The translations under genes and the position numbers were made by a program. Under the pieces are notes generated by a model. That model did not search any database. It was not told the origin of the DNA and saw only the letters and a program-made list of their open reading frames with translations. This document shows, in pieces, positions 47,824 through 56,825 of a stretch of 64,000 nt of DNA. Every line of letters starts with the position of its first letter. Within the stretch, counting starts at the first letter, position 1. Source of the DNA: an uncultured Bdellovibrionales bacterium (lineage in GTDB: Bacteria; Patescibacteriota; Minisyncoccia; Moranbacterales; UBA1568); the NCBI GenBank assembly GCA_964384235.1, contig CAYLJX010000005.1, forward strand, positions 5,289 to 69,288, given 5' to 3'.

Positions 47824-48240
47824 ATGTTTGCGAATATCATCAAGGGTCTGGTGGCTGCGGTTCTCGCCTCGCTGCTGTCCGGCTGTTTGCTGACGACTGG
47901 TGGTCCGCGCTACCAAGGCGAAATCGAACGGGTACAGGATCGGATCGTGGAGAATGCTGTCGATGCTACCACGTGCGGTGCCTCGTCTCTGATGGACAAG
48001 GCAGTGCAGCGGCTGGTGGCACGCGGTAACAGCTACAACAACTACGCGAACCAGGCGAACTTCATCGCCTGCCGCGCTCAAGAACGCGCCCAGCGCCAGC
48101 AGGAATATTGGCAAGCGCAGGCTCGCGCCGAGCAACGCCGCATGGAGCAGCGCCAGAACGCCCCGCAGTGTTACTACACGAAGCAAGGAGGCAAAGTGCA
48201 GGAATACTGCACGGAACGCGTCTACGAGCAGTGGAGGTGA
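47824..48240 (+). CDS. Hypothetical lipoprotein (ORFan)
   Basis: Lipobox LLSGC; GAGGAG SD; TTGACA-17-TATACT promoter at 47721-47749. Confidence 0.65.
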   Translation: MFANIIKGLVAAVLASLLSGCLLTTGGPRYQGEIERVQDRIVENAVDATTCGASSLMDKAVQRLVARGNSYNNYANQANFIACRAQERAQRQQEYWQAQARAEQRRMEQRQNAPQCYYTKQGGKVQEYCTERVYEQWR

Positions 48241-48395
48241 CAGAACATCGTTACCCTCCACAAGACCGGTTGTTCAAGAAGAAGCAATTCTTCGAGAGCA
48301 GCCGGTTTTTACATTCCTGCGGAATATTTTTTAAGGTATACTGGATATGAATTCATCCTACTGCCTACGACCTAATACCTAATGTCTGTTCAAAA

Positions 48396-49835
48396 ATGAA
48401 ACAAACAAAAATCGTCGCGACCATCGGGCCGGCATCGGAATCCAAAGAGATGCTCCGGAAACTCGTCGAGGCCGGCATGAACGTCGTACGGCTCAACTTC
48501 TCCCACGGCGAACACGCGTGGCATAGGGACATCATCAACCGCGTGCGCGAGCTCTCTCATGAGCTCAATCTTCCCATCGGTATCCTTGCCGACCTCCAGG
48601 GGCCGCGCATCCGTACGGAAGTGAAGGATGAACACAAGGTGAAAAAAGGCGACATGTTCCGTGTGAGCGACATCGGCAAGAAAGAGACGCTTACCATCGA
48701 CGATGCACAGGAGAACGAGCCGATGGTGCTTCTCGATATGCCGGGTATCGCGAGCGACCTGCAAGTCGGACATATGATCCTCATCGAGGACGGGACGCTC
48801 CAGCTCAAGGTGATCGAAGTCAGAGACAGCTTCGTGCGAGCCGAGGTGCAAAACGACGGCACGCTCAAGAATCGGAAAGGCGTGATCCTGCCGGACTCGA
48901 AGCTTACTCTTCCGATTCTCTCCGAGAAGGACAAGAAGGATCTCGCGTTCGTACTCGAGGAAGGGGTGGATTTCGTAGGATTGTCCTTTGTCGGATCGGC
49001 GGAGGATATCGCGAGTGTGCGCGAGGAGATGAAACATGTCCTCGGCGAGGGTGCGAATTTCCCGCAGCTCGTCTCCAAGATCGAGCGCAAGGAAGCCATC
49101 AAGAATCTCGCAAGCATCATCCAGGCGTCGGACGCGGTGATGGTGGCACGCGGCGATCTCGGTATCGAGATGCCGGAGTCGGAAGTGGTCATCCTCCAGA
49201 AGGAGATCATCGCCGAGAGTCTCAGGGCCATGAAGCCGGTCATCGTCGCGACGCAGATGATGAAGTCCATGACGGAGAATCCGCAGCCGACGCGGGCCGA
49301 AGTCTCGGACGTGTCCAACGCGGTCATCGATCATGCCGACGCGGTGATGCTCTCCGAGGAATCGGCTATGGGCAAGTATCCGGTGGAGACGGTCGCCATG
49401 ATGCGGGAAATCATCGAGAAGACCGAAGAATCTCCCTTCGACGATCTCTACCAGGCGCTCGACCTCAACTTTCGAAGCGAATATGCGGTCATGATCCGAA
49501 GCGTCTACGAACTGGCCAAAAGTTTTCGCACCAAGGCGATCCTCCTTCTCTCCATGAGCGGATTCACGGCGCGGCTTCTCTCTCACTTCCGTCCGGAAAG
49601 CAGGCTCTACGTCGCGACCAACAGTCGCTCGACCTGGCAGCAGCTCTCCCTCGTGTGGGGCATCGACCCGTACCTCTTCGATGGTGATCAGGAGCTCGAT
49701 ACCCTCGTCGAACGTCTCATGCAGGCGACGGAAACAGATGGGAAACTGAGCCGTGGCGACCAGGTCGTCGTCTTCCATGGCCGCACGCCGGACCAGGAGA
49801 CGCTCAAACTTGTCGGAATCAGGGAAATACGATAG
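48396..49835 (+). CDS. pyk: Pyruvate kinase
   Basis: TKIVATIGPAS, RLNFSHG, DLQGP, KIE, MVARGDLG, ATQM, PTRAEVSDV. Confidence 0.98.
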   Translation: MKQTKIVATIGPASESKEMLRKLVEAGMNVVRLNFSHGEHAWHRDIINRVRELSHELNLPIGILADLQGPRIRTEVKDEHKVKKGDMFRVSDIGKKETLTIDDAQENEPMVLLDMPGIASDLQVGHMILIEDGTLQLKVIEVRDSFVRAEVQNDGTLKNRKGVILPDSKLTLPILSEKDKKDLAFVLEEGVDFVGLSFVGSAEDIASVREEMKHVLGEGANFPQLVSKIERKEAIKNLASIIQASDAVMVARGDLGIEMPESEVVILQKEIIAESLRAMKPVIVATQMMKSMTENPQPTRAEVSDVSNAVIDHADAVMLSEESAMGKYPVETVAMMREIIEKTEESPFDDLYQALDLNFRSEYAVMIRSVYELAKSFRTKAILLLSMSGFTARLLSHFRPESRLYVATNSRSTWQQLSLVWGIDPYLFDGDQELDTLVERLMQATETDGKLSRGDQVVVFHGRTPDQETLKLVGIREIR

Positions 49836-49853
49836 ACTGCCTTGCGTACTTTT

Positions 49854-49940
49854 GGAAAGGTGGCCGAGTGGTTTAAGGTACTTGCTTGGAAAGCAAGCGT
49901 AGGGGAAACCCTACCGAGGGTTCGAATCCCTCCCTTTCCG
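49854..49940 (+). tRNA. tRNA-Ser(GGA)
   Basis: Acceptor GGAAAGG/CCTTTCC, anticodon arm CTTGC-TTGGAAA-GCAAG, long variable arm, GGTTCGAATCC; CCA not encoded. Confidence 0.97.
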
Positions 49941-50040
49941 CCTTGTGCGGGAAAAAGTTTACCTGCCGGAGGCAGGTAAACGCAGGGAAATCCATCCCTC
50001 ATCACTCTAATTTTTTTAACAAGCTTTAAGGGGAAAAGCT

Positions 50041-50364
50041 ATGAAGGATATGATCAATGGGTTTTTCGAATTCATCCGGACGCAGGGGGTCATCGGTCTC
50101 GCGGTCGGTTTTATCCTGGGCGGCGCCGTGTCCAAGGTGGTGACGGCCCTGGTGACGGATATCATCAATCCGCTCCTCGGTATCGTGCTCGGGGCGGCCG
50201 AAGGGTTGAAGACGGCGAAACTGAGTGTCGCCGGATCAGAAATCCTCTGGGGGGACTTCGTGGCGGTACTGATCGATTTCATCATCATCTCCGCGGTCGT
50301 GTACTTCGGCGTGAAGGGGGTCGGCCTCGACAAACTCGACAAGAAGAAAGAGGAAAAGAAATAA
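50041..50364 (+). CDS. mscL: Large-conductance mechanosensitive channel
   Basis: FFEFIRTQGVIGLAVGFILGGA, LVTDIINP, WGDF. Confidence 0.92.
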   Translation: MKDMINGFFEFIRTQGVIGLAVGFILGGAVSKVVTALVTDIINPLLGIVLGAAEGLKTAKLSVAGSEILWGDFVAVLIDFIIISAVVYFGVKGVGLDKLDKKKEEKK

Positions 50365-50526
50365 GTATCGCGGTTTTTTCGAACAATATCATCGTGCGCA
50401 CGATTTCCAGCGGCCGTTAGAAAATGTGTGCAAAAAGGAGAAGTCTCTGTCGATCGGCAGGGATTTTTCGTTTTCTCAAAAAGAGGGGTATAATGCCGGG
50501 TGAACTTTACTCGTAACGATGTATCT

Positions 50527-51669
50527 ATGAAAAAGAACGATTTTGGAAAAAAAGCGCTTGCCGTCCACAAAAAACTCAAAGGAAAAGTCGAAATCAGGCC
50601 GAAAGCCAAGGTGACAAACAAGGCGGACTTGAGTGTCTATTACACACCCGGCGTGGCCGCCGTCTCGTCATATCTCGCGACGCACAAGGACAAACTGCGC
50701 GATTATACGATGAAGCGCAACACCGTGGCGGTCATCTCGGACGGATCGGCGGTCTTGGGGCTCGGGAACATCGGCCCGGAAGGGGCGCTCCCCGTGATGG
50801 AGGGGAAAGCCATGCTCTTCAAGGCCTTGGCGGATGTCGACGCCATTCCGATTGTCCTCGACACGCAGGAGACCGACGAGATCATCTCGACCATCCGGCA
50901 CATCGCCCCGGCGTTCGGCGGGATCAATCTTGAGGATATCGCCGCACCGCAGTGTTTCGAAGTGGAACGGAGACTTCATGAAGTGCTCGACATTCCGGTC
51001 ATGCACGACGATCAGCACGGGACGGCCATGGTGGTGCTCGCCGGTCTCATCAATGCCTTCAAGGTGGTGAAGAAGAACCCGAAGAAATCAACGGTGGTCG
51101 TGGTCGGAGCGGGAGCGGCGGGAAATGCTATTACCAGTCTTCTGTTGAAGTTCGGTATCGGGAACCTCATCATGGTGGACAGTCGCGGCATCGTGAGCGT
51201 CGATCGCAATGATATGAACCCTTTCAAGGTGGCCATCGCCCGCGTGACCAACAAGGAAAAGCGCACCGGGTCGCTCGACGAGGCGCTCAAGGGTGCGGAT
51301 GCGCTCGTCGGCGTGTCCAAGGGCGGTGCGGTGACGGCGGCTCATGTCAAAAGCATGGCCAAGGACCCGATCATCTTCGCGCTGGCCAATCCGACGCCGG
51401 AAATCATGCCGGATGTCGCCACAAAGGCCGGGGCGGCGGTCGTGGCCACCGGACGATCGGATTTTTCCAACCAGATCAACAACTCGCTCGGCTTCCCCGG
51501 TATCTTCCGCGGCGCGCTCGATCACGGTGTGAAACAGATCACGGAGGAAATGCTCTTGAAGGCGGCCAAGAATCTCGCGGCGCTCGTCAAAAAGCCGGCC
51601 AAAGAATCAATCATTCCCAACACCTTTGACAAGCGCGTCGTCAAAGCTGTCGCTTCCGCAATCCGCTAG
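50527..51669 (+). CDS. NAD(P)-dependent malic enzyme
   Basis: YYTPGVA, DGSAVLGLG, EGKA, INLEDI, HDDQHGT, GAGAAG, ANPTPEI, NQINN. Confidence 0.96.
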   Translation: MKKNDFGKKALAVHKKLKGKVEIRPKAKVTNKADLSVYYTPGVAAVSSYLATHKDKLRDYTMKRNTVAVISDGSAVLGLGNIGPEGALPVMEGKAMLFKALADVDAIPIVLDTQETDEIISTIRHIAPAFGGINLEDIAAPQCFEVERRLHEVLDIPVMHDDQHGTAMVVLAGLINAFKVVKKNPKKSTVVVVGAGAAGNAITSLLLKFGIGNLIMVDSRGIVSVDRNDMNPFKVAIARVTNKEKRTGSLDEALKGADALVGVSKGGAVTAAHVKSMAKDPIIFALANPTPEIMPDVATKAGAAVVATGRSDFSNQINNSLGFPGIFRGALDHGVKQITEEMLLKAAKNLAALVKKPAKESIIPNTFDKRVVKAVASAIR

Positions 51670-51741
51670 TTTAGCGGTAAAAAATTCTTCGATTGTTGAA
51701 AAATTTGTATGTTATAATGGAGGTACTTAAAAAACTCCATT

Positions 51742-52323
51742 ATGGAAAATCCATACGTTTCTTCGTCATCGTCGGTTCCGGTGAAACGGCACTCCGGCGT
51801 CGTCAAGTGGGCGCTCGTCATCGGTATCGCCATCGTCATCAACCTCTTTCTCACGTACCTCGTGCGTGTGATCTATCACGAGCCGGAATTCGAGGGTTTC
51901 TGCCCCGAGGAGCAGGTCAACGAAGCCATCGAGACGAAAGATGAGTGTCTCCAGGTGGGCGGGCAGTGGAACGAGAACGTCGATGCCAAGCGTCCGATGA
52001 TCCAGGGAGAGACCCCGCAGCCTATTGGTTATTGCAACCCGAACTTCACCTGCAGCAGGAATTACGAGGAGGCGGCCAAAGTCTACAACCGGAACGTCTT
52101 CATCGTGTTCGTGACGGTAGGGATCCTACTTCTGGTCGCAAGTATCTTTCTTTCCGGAGTGGAAGCCATCTCGCTCGGTCTCTCCTTCGGCGGCGTGCTC
52201 GCGCTCGTCGTCGGGTCCATGTGGTACTGGTCGGATATGAACGATATCCTGCGCGTCATCGTTCTGGGTGCGGCGCTTCTAGGATTGTTGTTTGTTACTT
52301 GGAAGAAATTCAGAAACGAATAG
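51742..52323 (+). CDS. Hypothetical 4-TM membrane protein with Cys-containing external loop
   Basis: One TM, a loop with 4 Cys, then three TMs. Confidence 0.75.
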   Translation: MENPYVSSSSSVPVKRHSGVVKWALVIGIAIVINLFLTYLVRVIYHEPEFEGFCPEEQVNEAIETKDECLQVGGQWNENVDAKRPMIQGETPQPIGYCNPNFTCSRNYEEAAKVYNRNVFIVFVTVGILLLVASIFLSGVEAISLGLSFGGVLALVVGSMWYWSDMNDILRVIVLGAALLGLLFVTWKKFRNE

Positions 52324-52324
52324 A

Positions 52325-52448
52325 GAAATCTTTCTATTTGGCGCATTCCTTCGTTGCAAGCTCCGGTGCTCGACGCCGTACTTGCATCAGTACGGCTTTC
52401 TCTACTCCTCACTTGCGCCTCGGACTGCATCCAAATATGAAAATTTTC
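52325..52448. repeat. Dispersed structured repeat family B, copy 3
   Basis: Near-identical to 25565-25692 except for a shorter central segment. Confidence 0.85.
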
Positions 52449-52475
52449 GTAAAAAGAAGGTAGTTTCAGTTACAT

Positions 52476-53078
52476 ATGCAAGAAACCAAAGAAACCAAAG
52501 AAACTTTAGTTCCTCAGGAAAATGTTCCGGAGGAAACAAAAAAAGATTCTTCCAAAGAAGGCCTGTTTGGGGCACTTCTGATGATTATCGTCATCGTGCT
52601 GATGATCGTGGCGCTTGGCCTCGTCGGATGGTACGGGTACGGGAAGTGGCAGGGAAAACAGGTAAAGGAACAGGCACCTTCGATTACGACGCTCAAATCG
52701 AACGGTTTTCAGCCGATGCAGGAAGAAAAACCCGAACAGACTGCGGCAGAGGAGCCGAAAAGGGAAGAAGTGAAACTGGAAGCCGTAAAAGACGCGAAGA
52801 CTGTCCAAATAAGTGTTCTCAACGGCGGGGCAGCCAAGGGGAGCGCTGGCGTGGTGGCGGATCTGCTCAAGAAGGAGGGGTATACGAAAGTGACCGCTGG
52901 CAACACGACGGCTGACTATACCGGAACGACGGTCTATTACGGGAGCGGCCTGGAGAAAGAAGCCGAGGCCCTGAAAACGAGCCTTGTCAAAAAGTACCCT
53001 CAAGCGACGATCAAACCGGCAGTAGCGACCAACAAGGAAACGACCACGGCCCCGCTTACGGTCATCCTCGGGAAGTAA
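52476..53078 (+). CDS. LytR C-terminal domain membrane protein
   Basis: TM followed by ISVLNGGAAKGSAG, GN, TTVYY, TVILG. Confidence 0.88.
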   Translation: MQETKETKETLVPQENVPEETKKDSSKEGLFGALLMIIVIVLMIVALGLVGWYGYGKWQGKQVKEQAPSITTLKSNGFQPMQEEKPEQTAAEEPKREEVKLEAVKDAKTVQISVLNGGAAKGSAGVVADLLKKEGYTKVTAGNTTADYTGTTVYYGSGLEKEAEALKTSLVKKYPQATIKPAVATNKETTTAPLTVILGK

Positions 53079-53109
53079 AGCGGTCAATACAAAAAAAAGA
53101 AGTGTACGT

Positions 53110-54651
53110 ATGAATCTGCGCGTCAAAGCGTTCCTAGCCATCGTCTTCGTGCTCGTCGTCCTGTTCTCGGCCTTATATGCCATCCTGTCGCGGGTTCTGA
53201 TTGCCGATTTTCTGGATATCGAGCAACGTGAGGCGATCGATCATGCCGCTCGCGTGACGGATGCCTTGGAAAACAAGACCGAGGAACTTTCTATCAAGCT
53301 GTCGGACTGGGGGCAATGGGATGACACGTATGCGTTCGTCCAGGATCGGAATCAGGAGTATATTGATTCCAACCTTCAGGATGCGGCGTTGCAGATCCTT
53401 CGCATCAATTTTGTTATCATTGCTGATAATAATGATCAGATCGTTTTTGAGAAACACGTCGACTCGGAAGGAAAAGCTCAACCGGTTCCCGAGAGTCTCA
53501 AGGGGTATTTTTCTCCAAGAAGCGCGCTCTTGAGCCATGAGAATGTCGAGCATGCCCATCGAGGTATCCTCGTGCTGCCGGAGGGAGCGATCATCCTCGC
53601 GTCCCGGACGATCACGTCGAGCGACGGGACAGCTGAACCGCTTGGAACGATCTCGTTCGCCTATTTCATCGATGAGGATGTCCTCGAACATCTCTCACAG
53701 CTCACGCATCTCTCGGTAGAGTTTGTTCCGTATGCCGGAGCCAGCCTCTCGGCCGATTATCAGAAGGCTTTTCATGCCGTTTCGCAGGAACAGCGTTCTT
53801 TTCTCCGTCTCGATGACGAACATTCCCTTTCAGCGTTCGCGCTCATGGACGATATCTTCGGTGAGCCGGCACTTTTGGTAAAAACGACGATGAGCAGGGA
53901 GGTCTACGAGAAAGGAAAAGGAACCGTCACGATCTTCTTCTGGGTGATGGCCGGGGTAGGAGCCACAGTCGTTTTCGTGGTGTTCCTCCTGTTCGAGTTT
54001 CTGGTGCTCAAGAAGATCTTCCGTCTCAACTGGGAAGTAGGCAAGATCCGTGAGAGCGGAGACCTGCGTACGCGTCTTTCCTATTATGGAAAAGACGAGT
54101 TTTCCAAGCTTTCCGACGCGATCAATCAGATGCTCTCGTCCCTTCAGCGGCTCGAGGTCAAGAAGCGCGAGAGCGAGGAGCGCTTCCAGGCCATCGCCGA
54201 TTCGGTACCGGTCATGATCTGGATAGCCGACCGCAAAGGGAACTTTACCTATGTCAACAAGACTTGGCTCGATTTCAGTGGTCGGACGATAGAGAGTGAG
54301 CTCGGCAGCGGCTGGAAGGAGCGCGTCCATCCGGATGACCTGACGGAAGTGGAGAAGATCACGGCGGAAACCGGAAAAAATCCCGTGCCGTTCCACGCCG
54401 AGACGCGTCAGCGCCACAAGGACGGAACCTATCGCTGGCTCTTTGTCACCGGTATCCCACAGTTCGATCGCCGTGGCGTTTTCAAAGGATATATCGGTTC
54501 CAGTGTCGACATCACCGAGCGCAAGGAGAATGAGGAAAAGCAGCAGGAGTACATCGGGGAGATCGAAAACATGAACAAGATCATGGTCGCCCGGGAGCTC
54601 AAGATGATCGAGCTCAAGGAGAAGATCCAGAGGATGCAGCATGACGGATAA
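53110..54651 (+). CDS. CHASE4-HAMP-PAS sensor without an output domain
   Basis: DWGQWDDTYAFV (CHASE4), DEFSKLSDAINQM (HAMP), PAS VHPDD..DITERK, ends MVARELKMIELKEKI. Confidence 0.88.
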   Translation: MNLRVKAFLAIVFVLVVLFSALYAILSRVLIADFLDIEQREAIDHAARVTDALENKTEELSIKLSDWGQWDDTYAFVQDRNQEYIDSNLQDAALQILRINFVIIADNNDQIVFEKHVDSEGKAQPVPESLKGYFSPRSALLSHENVEHAHRGILVLPEGAIILASRTITSSDGTAEPLGTISFAYFIDEDVLEHLSQLTHLSVEFVPYAGASLSADYQKAFHAVSQEQRSFLRLDDEHSLSAFALMDDIFGEPALLVKTTMSREVYEKGKGTVTIFFWVMAGVGATVVFVVFLLFEFLVLKKIFRLNWEVGKIRESGDLRTRLSYYGKDEFSKLSDAINQMLSSLQRLEVKKRESEERFQAIADSVPVMIWIADRKGNFTYVNKTWLDFSGRTIESELGSGWKERVHPDDLTEVEKITAETGKNPVPFHAETRQRHKDGTYRWLFVTGIPQFDRRGVFKGYIGSSVDITERKENEEKQQEYIGEIENMNKIMVARELKMIELKEKIQRMQHDG

Positions 54652-56407
54652 GGAAATGGACAAAAAGAACGCCCCGGACGGGGACAATCTGGGGGGATTT
54701 CTCACGCCTGAACACGAGGAGCTCTTTGAGGGTCTTCAGAATTTCGAGGAAGGGTACATCGAGAATCTTCGTGAACGCAACCGGTTTCTGGAAGACACCC
54801 GTCGGGCGATTTTCAACATTCTCGAGGACGTGGCCGAGTCAGAGGAGGAGCTTCGCAAAAAGACGGATGAACTGGAAAAGTTCCGCAAAGCCGTCGATAC
54901 GAGCTTCGATCATACGATCATCACGGATCCCGACGGCATCATCCTGTATGCCAACCATGCCGCCGAGATCCTCACGGGATACACGAAAGAAGAGATGCTC
55001 GGCAAGCGTCCGTCACTCTGGGGGCACCAGATGCCAAAAAAATTCTACGAAATTCTCTGGAGAACCATCAAGGAAGAGAAGCAGAGCTATGTGGGCGAGC
55101 TCACGAACCGTCGCAAGGACGGGACGAAGTTCCTGGCAAGCATCCGTATCTCCCCTATCCTGGACAAGCAGGGGGAGATACGGCAGTACGTCGGCGTGCT
55201 TCGGGACATCACCGAGGAACGCAAGATCCAGCTCAAGATCATCCGTCATTCCACGGAACTGGAGAAGGCCAACGTCCGCATCGAGGAGGAAAAGGAGCGC
55301 GCCGAAGGCATCCTGCGCTTCCTCAAGTCCATCGGTGAGGGCGTCTTCGCGACTGACGCGGACGACCGTATCATCTTTATGAACGAGACGGCCGAAGTCT
55401 TCTCCGGGAAGAAGTTCGCCCCGGACGAGAGGCCGGCGTACAAGGAGATGTTCTCGTTCGAGCGCGGCGATCACCTGGAGAAAAAGTCCTTCTCCCCGGT
55501 GGCGCTCGCCTATTCCAAGGGCGCTACGATCGCTTTTCCGGAAAAATCGTATCTTTTGCAAGGGGAGAAACGTTTGCCGGTATCCGGTACCTCGTCGCTC
55601 ATTATGGACGGCAGCGGAAAAGTCATCGGCACCATCACAGTCTTCCAGGACGTGACCAAGGAGCGCGGACTGGAGAAGATGAAGGATAGCTTCCTCTCGG
55701 TCGCGGCGCATCAGTTGCGCACCCCGCTCGGGAGCATGCGCTGGAGCATGGAGATGCTTCTTTCCGGCGACCTTGGTAAGCTGCCCAAGGAGGCCAAAGA
55801 GGCCGTCGCGATGCTCTACGAGAACAGCCAGCGCATGGCGACCCTGGTGGACGACCTTCTTGATGTTTCCCGTATCGACCAGGGACGCTCCAAGGAGGCG
55901 ATCGAGGAAACGGATCTCCTGAATCTCCTGAAGCAGGTGATGGAGACGCTTGCCGGTGAAGCCGAAAAGCGCGTTGTCACTGTCGTGTCTCATTTTCCCA
56001 AGACCAGGAGTCTCCCGGTTTCCGTCGCACCCAAGCATTTTTATGAGGCCATGGAAAACCTCCTGTCCAACGCCATTAAGTACAACCGTCCTGATGGGTC
56101 GGTGACGCTCTCCGTCGAGGAAAAGGAAGGTAAACTTCTCATCCGGGTCGCGGATACCGGTATCGGCATCCCCAAGGATGATCAGGAGAAGGTGTTCGGG
56201 AAATTCTTCCGTGCCGGGAACGCCGTCCTCAAGGAGACGGAGGGTAGCGGTCTCGGTCTCTCCGTGGTAAAATCGTACGTGGAGGAGTGCAAAGGCCGCA
56301 TCTGGTTCGAAAGTGAGGAAAATATCGGCACGATCTTCTTCGTCGAACTTCCGTATCTCAAGAAAAAAACGGCGCGCCCACGAAAGAAACTGGAAAAGGG
56401 CGCTTAA
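54641..56407 (+). CDS. Soluble PAS-PAS histidine kinase
   Basis: H-box VAAHQLRTPL, NLLSNAIKY, DTGIGI, GSGLGL; no TM. Confidence 0.93.
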   Translation: MTDKEMDKKNAPDGDNLGGFLTPEHEELFEGLQNFEEGYIENLRERNRFLEDTRRAIFNILEDVAESEEELRKKTDELEKFRKAVDTSFDHTIITDPDGIILYANHAAEILTGYTKEEMLGKRPSLWGHQMPKKFYEILWRTIKEEKQSYVGELTNRRKDGTKFLASIRISPILDKQGEIRQYVGVLRDITEERKIQLKIIRHSTELEKANVRIEEEKERAEGILRFLKSIGEGVFATDADDRIIFMNETAEVFSGKKFAPDERPAYKEMFSFERGDHLEKKSFSPVALAYSKGATIAFPEKSYLLQGEKRLPVSGTSSLIMDGSGKVIGTITVFQDVTKERGLEKMKDSFLSVAAHQLRTPLGSMRWSMEMLLSGDLGKLPKEAKEAVAMLYENSQRMATLVDDLLDVSRIDQGRSKEAIEETDLLNLLKQVMETLAGEAEKRVVTVVSHFPKTRSLPVSVAPKHFYEAMENLLSNAIKYNRPDGSVTLSVEEKEGKLLIRVADTGIGIPKDDQEKVFGKFFRAGNAVLKETEGSGLGLSVVKSYVEECKGRIWFESEENIGTIFFVELPYLKKKTARPRKKLEKGA

Positions 56408-56426
56408 TCCGAGATAATCCCCGCAT

Positions 56427-56801
56427 ATGGCTGACACTAAGTATGTTTTGGTCGTGGAAGACGATCCGTTTTACGGCAATATCTACAAGACCAAGCTTTC
56501 CAAGGAAAAGATCGTCGCGGAAATCGCTCACAACGGCAACGAGGCGCTCAAGATCGCCCGTGAAAAGAAGCCGACGCTGGTCCTTATGGACCTCATCATG
56601 CCGGAGAAGGACGGCTTTGAGGCGCTCGCGGAATTCAAGGCGGACCCCGCCCTCAAGGATGTCAAGGTGATCATCCTCTCCAATCTCAGTCAGGAAGAGG
56701 ACATCCAGCGGGTCCTGGATCTCGGGGCGGCGGAATACCTGATCAAGGCGAACGTGCCGATCCAGCAAGTGATCATGAAGATCAAGGAGAATCTCGCGTA
56801 A
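56427..56801 (+). CDS. Single-domain response regulator
   Basis: VVEDD, LMDLIMP.KDG, ILSN, YLIK. Confidence 0.93.
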   Translation: MADTKYVLVVEDDPFYGNIYKTKLSKEKIVAEIAHNGNEALKIAREKKPTLVLMDLIMPEKDGFEALAEFKADPALKDVKVIILSNLSQEEDIQRVLDLGAAEYLIKANVPIQQVIMKIKENLA

Positions 56802-56825
56802 ACAGTCTTCTCTCGATATGCGTCT

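Noticed and set aside
49854-50040. tRNA-Ser as an island integration site
   Set aside because: No integrase and no duplicated tRNA 3' end seen; flanks are housekeeping genes
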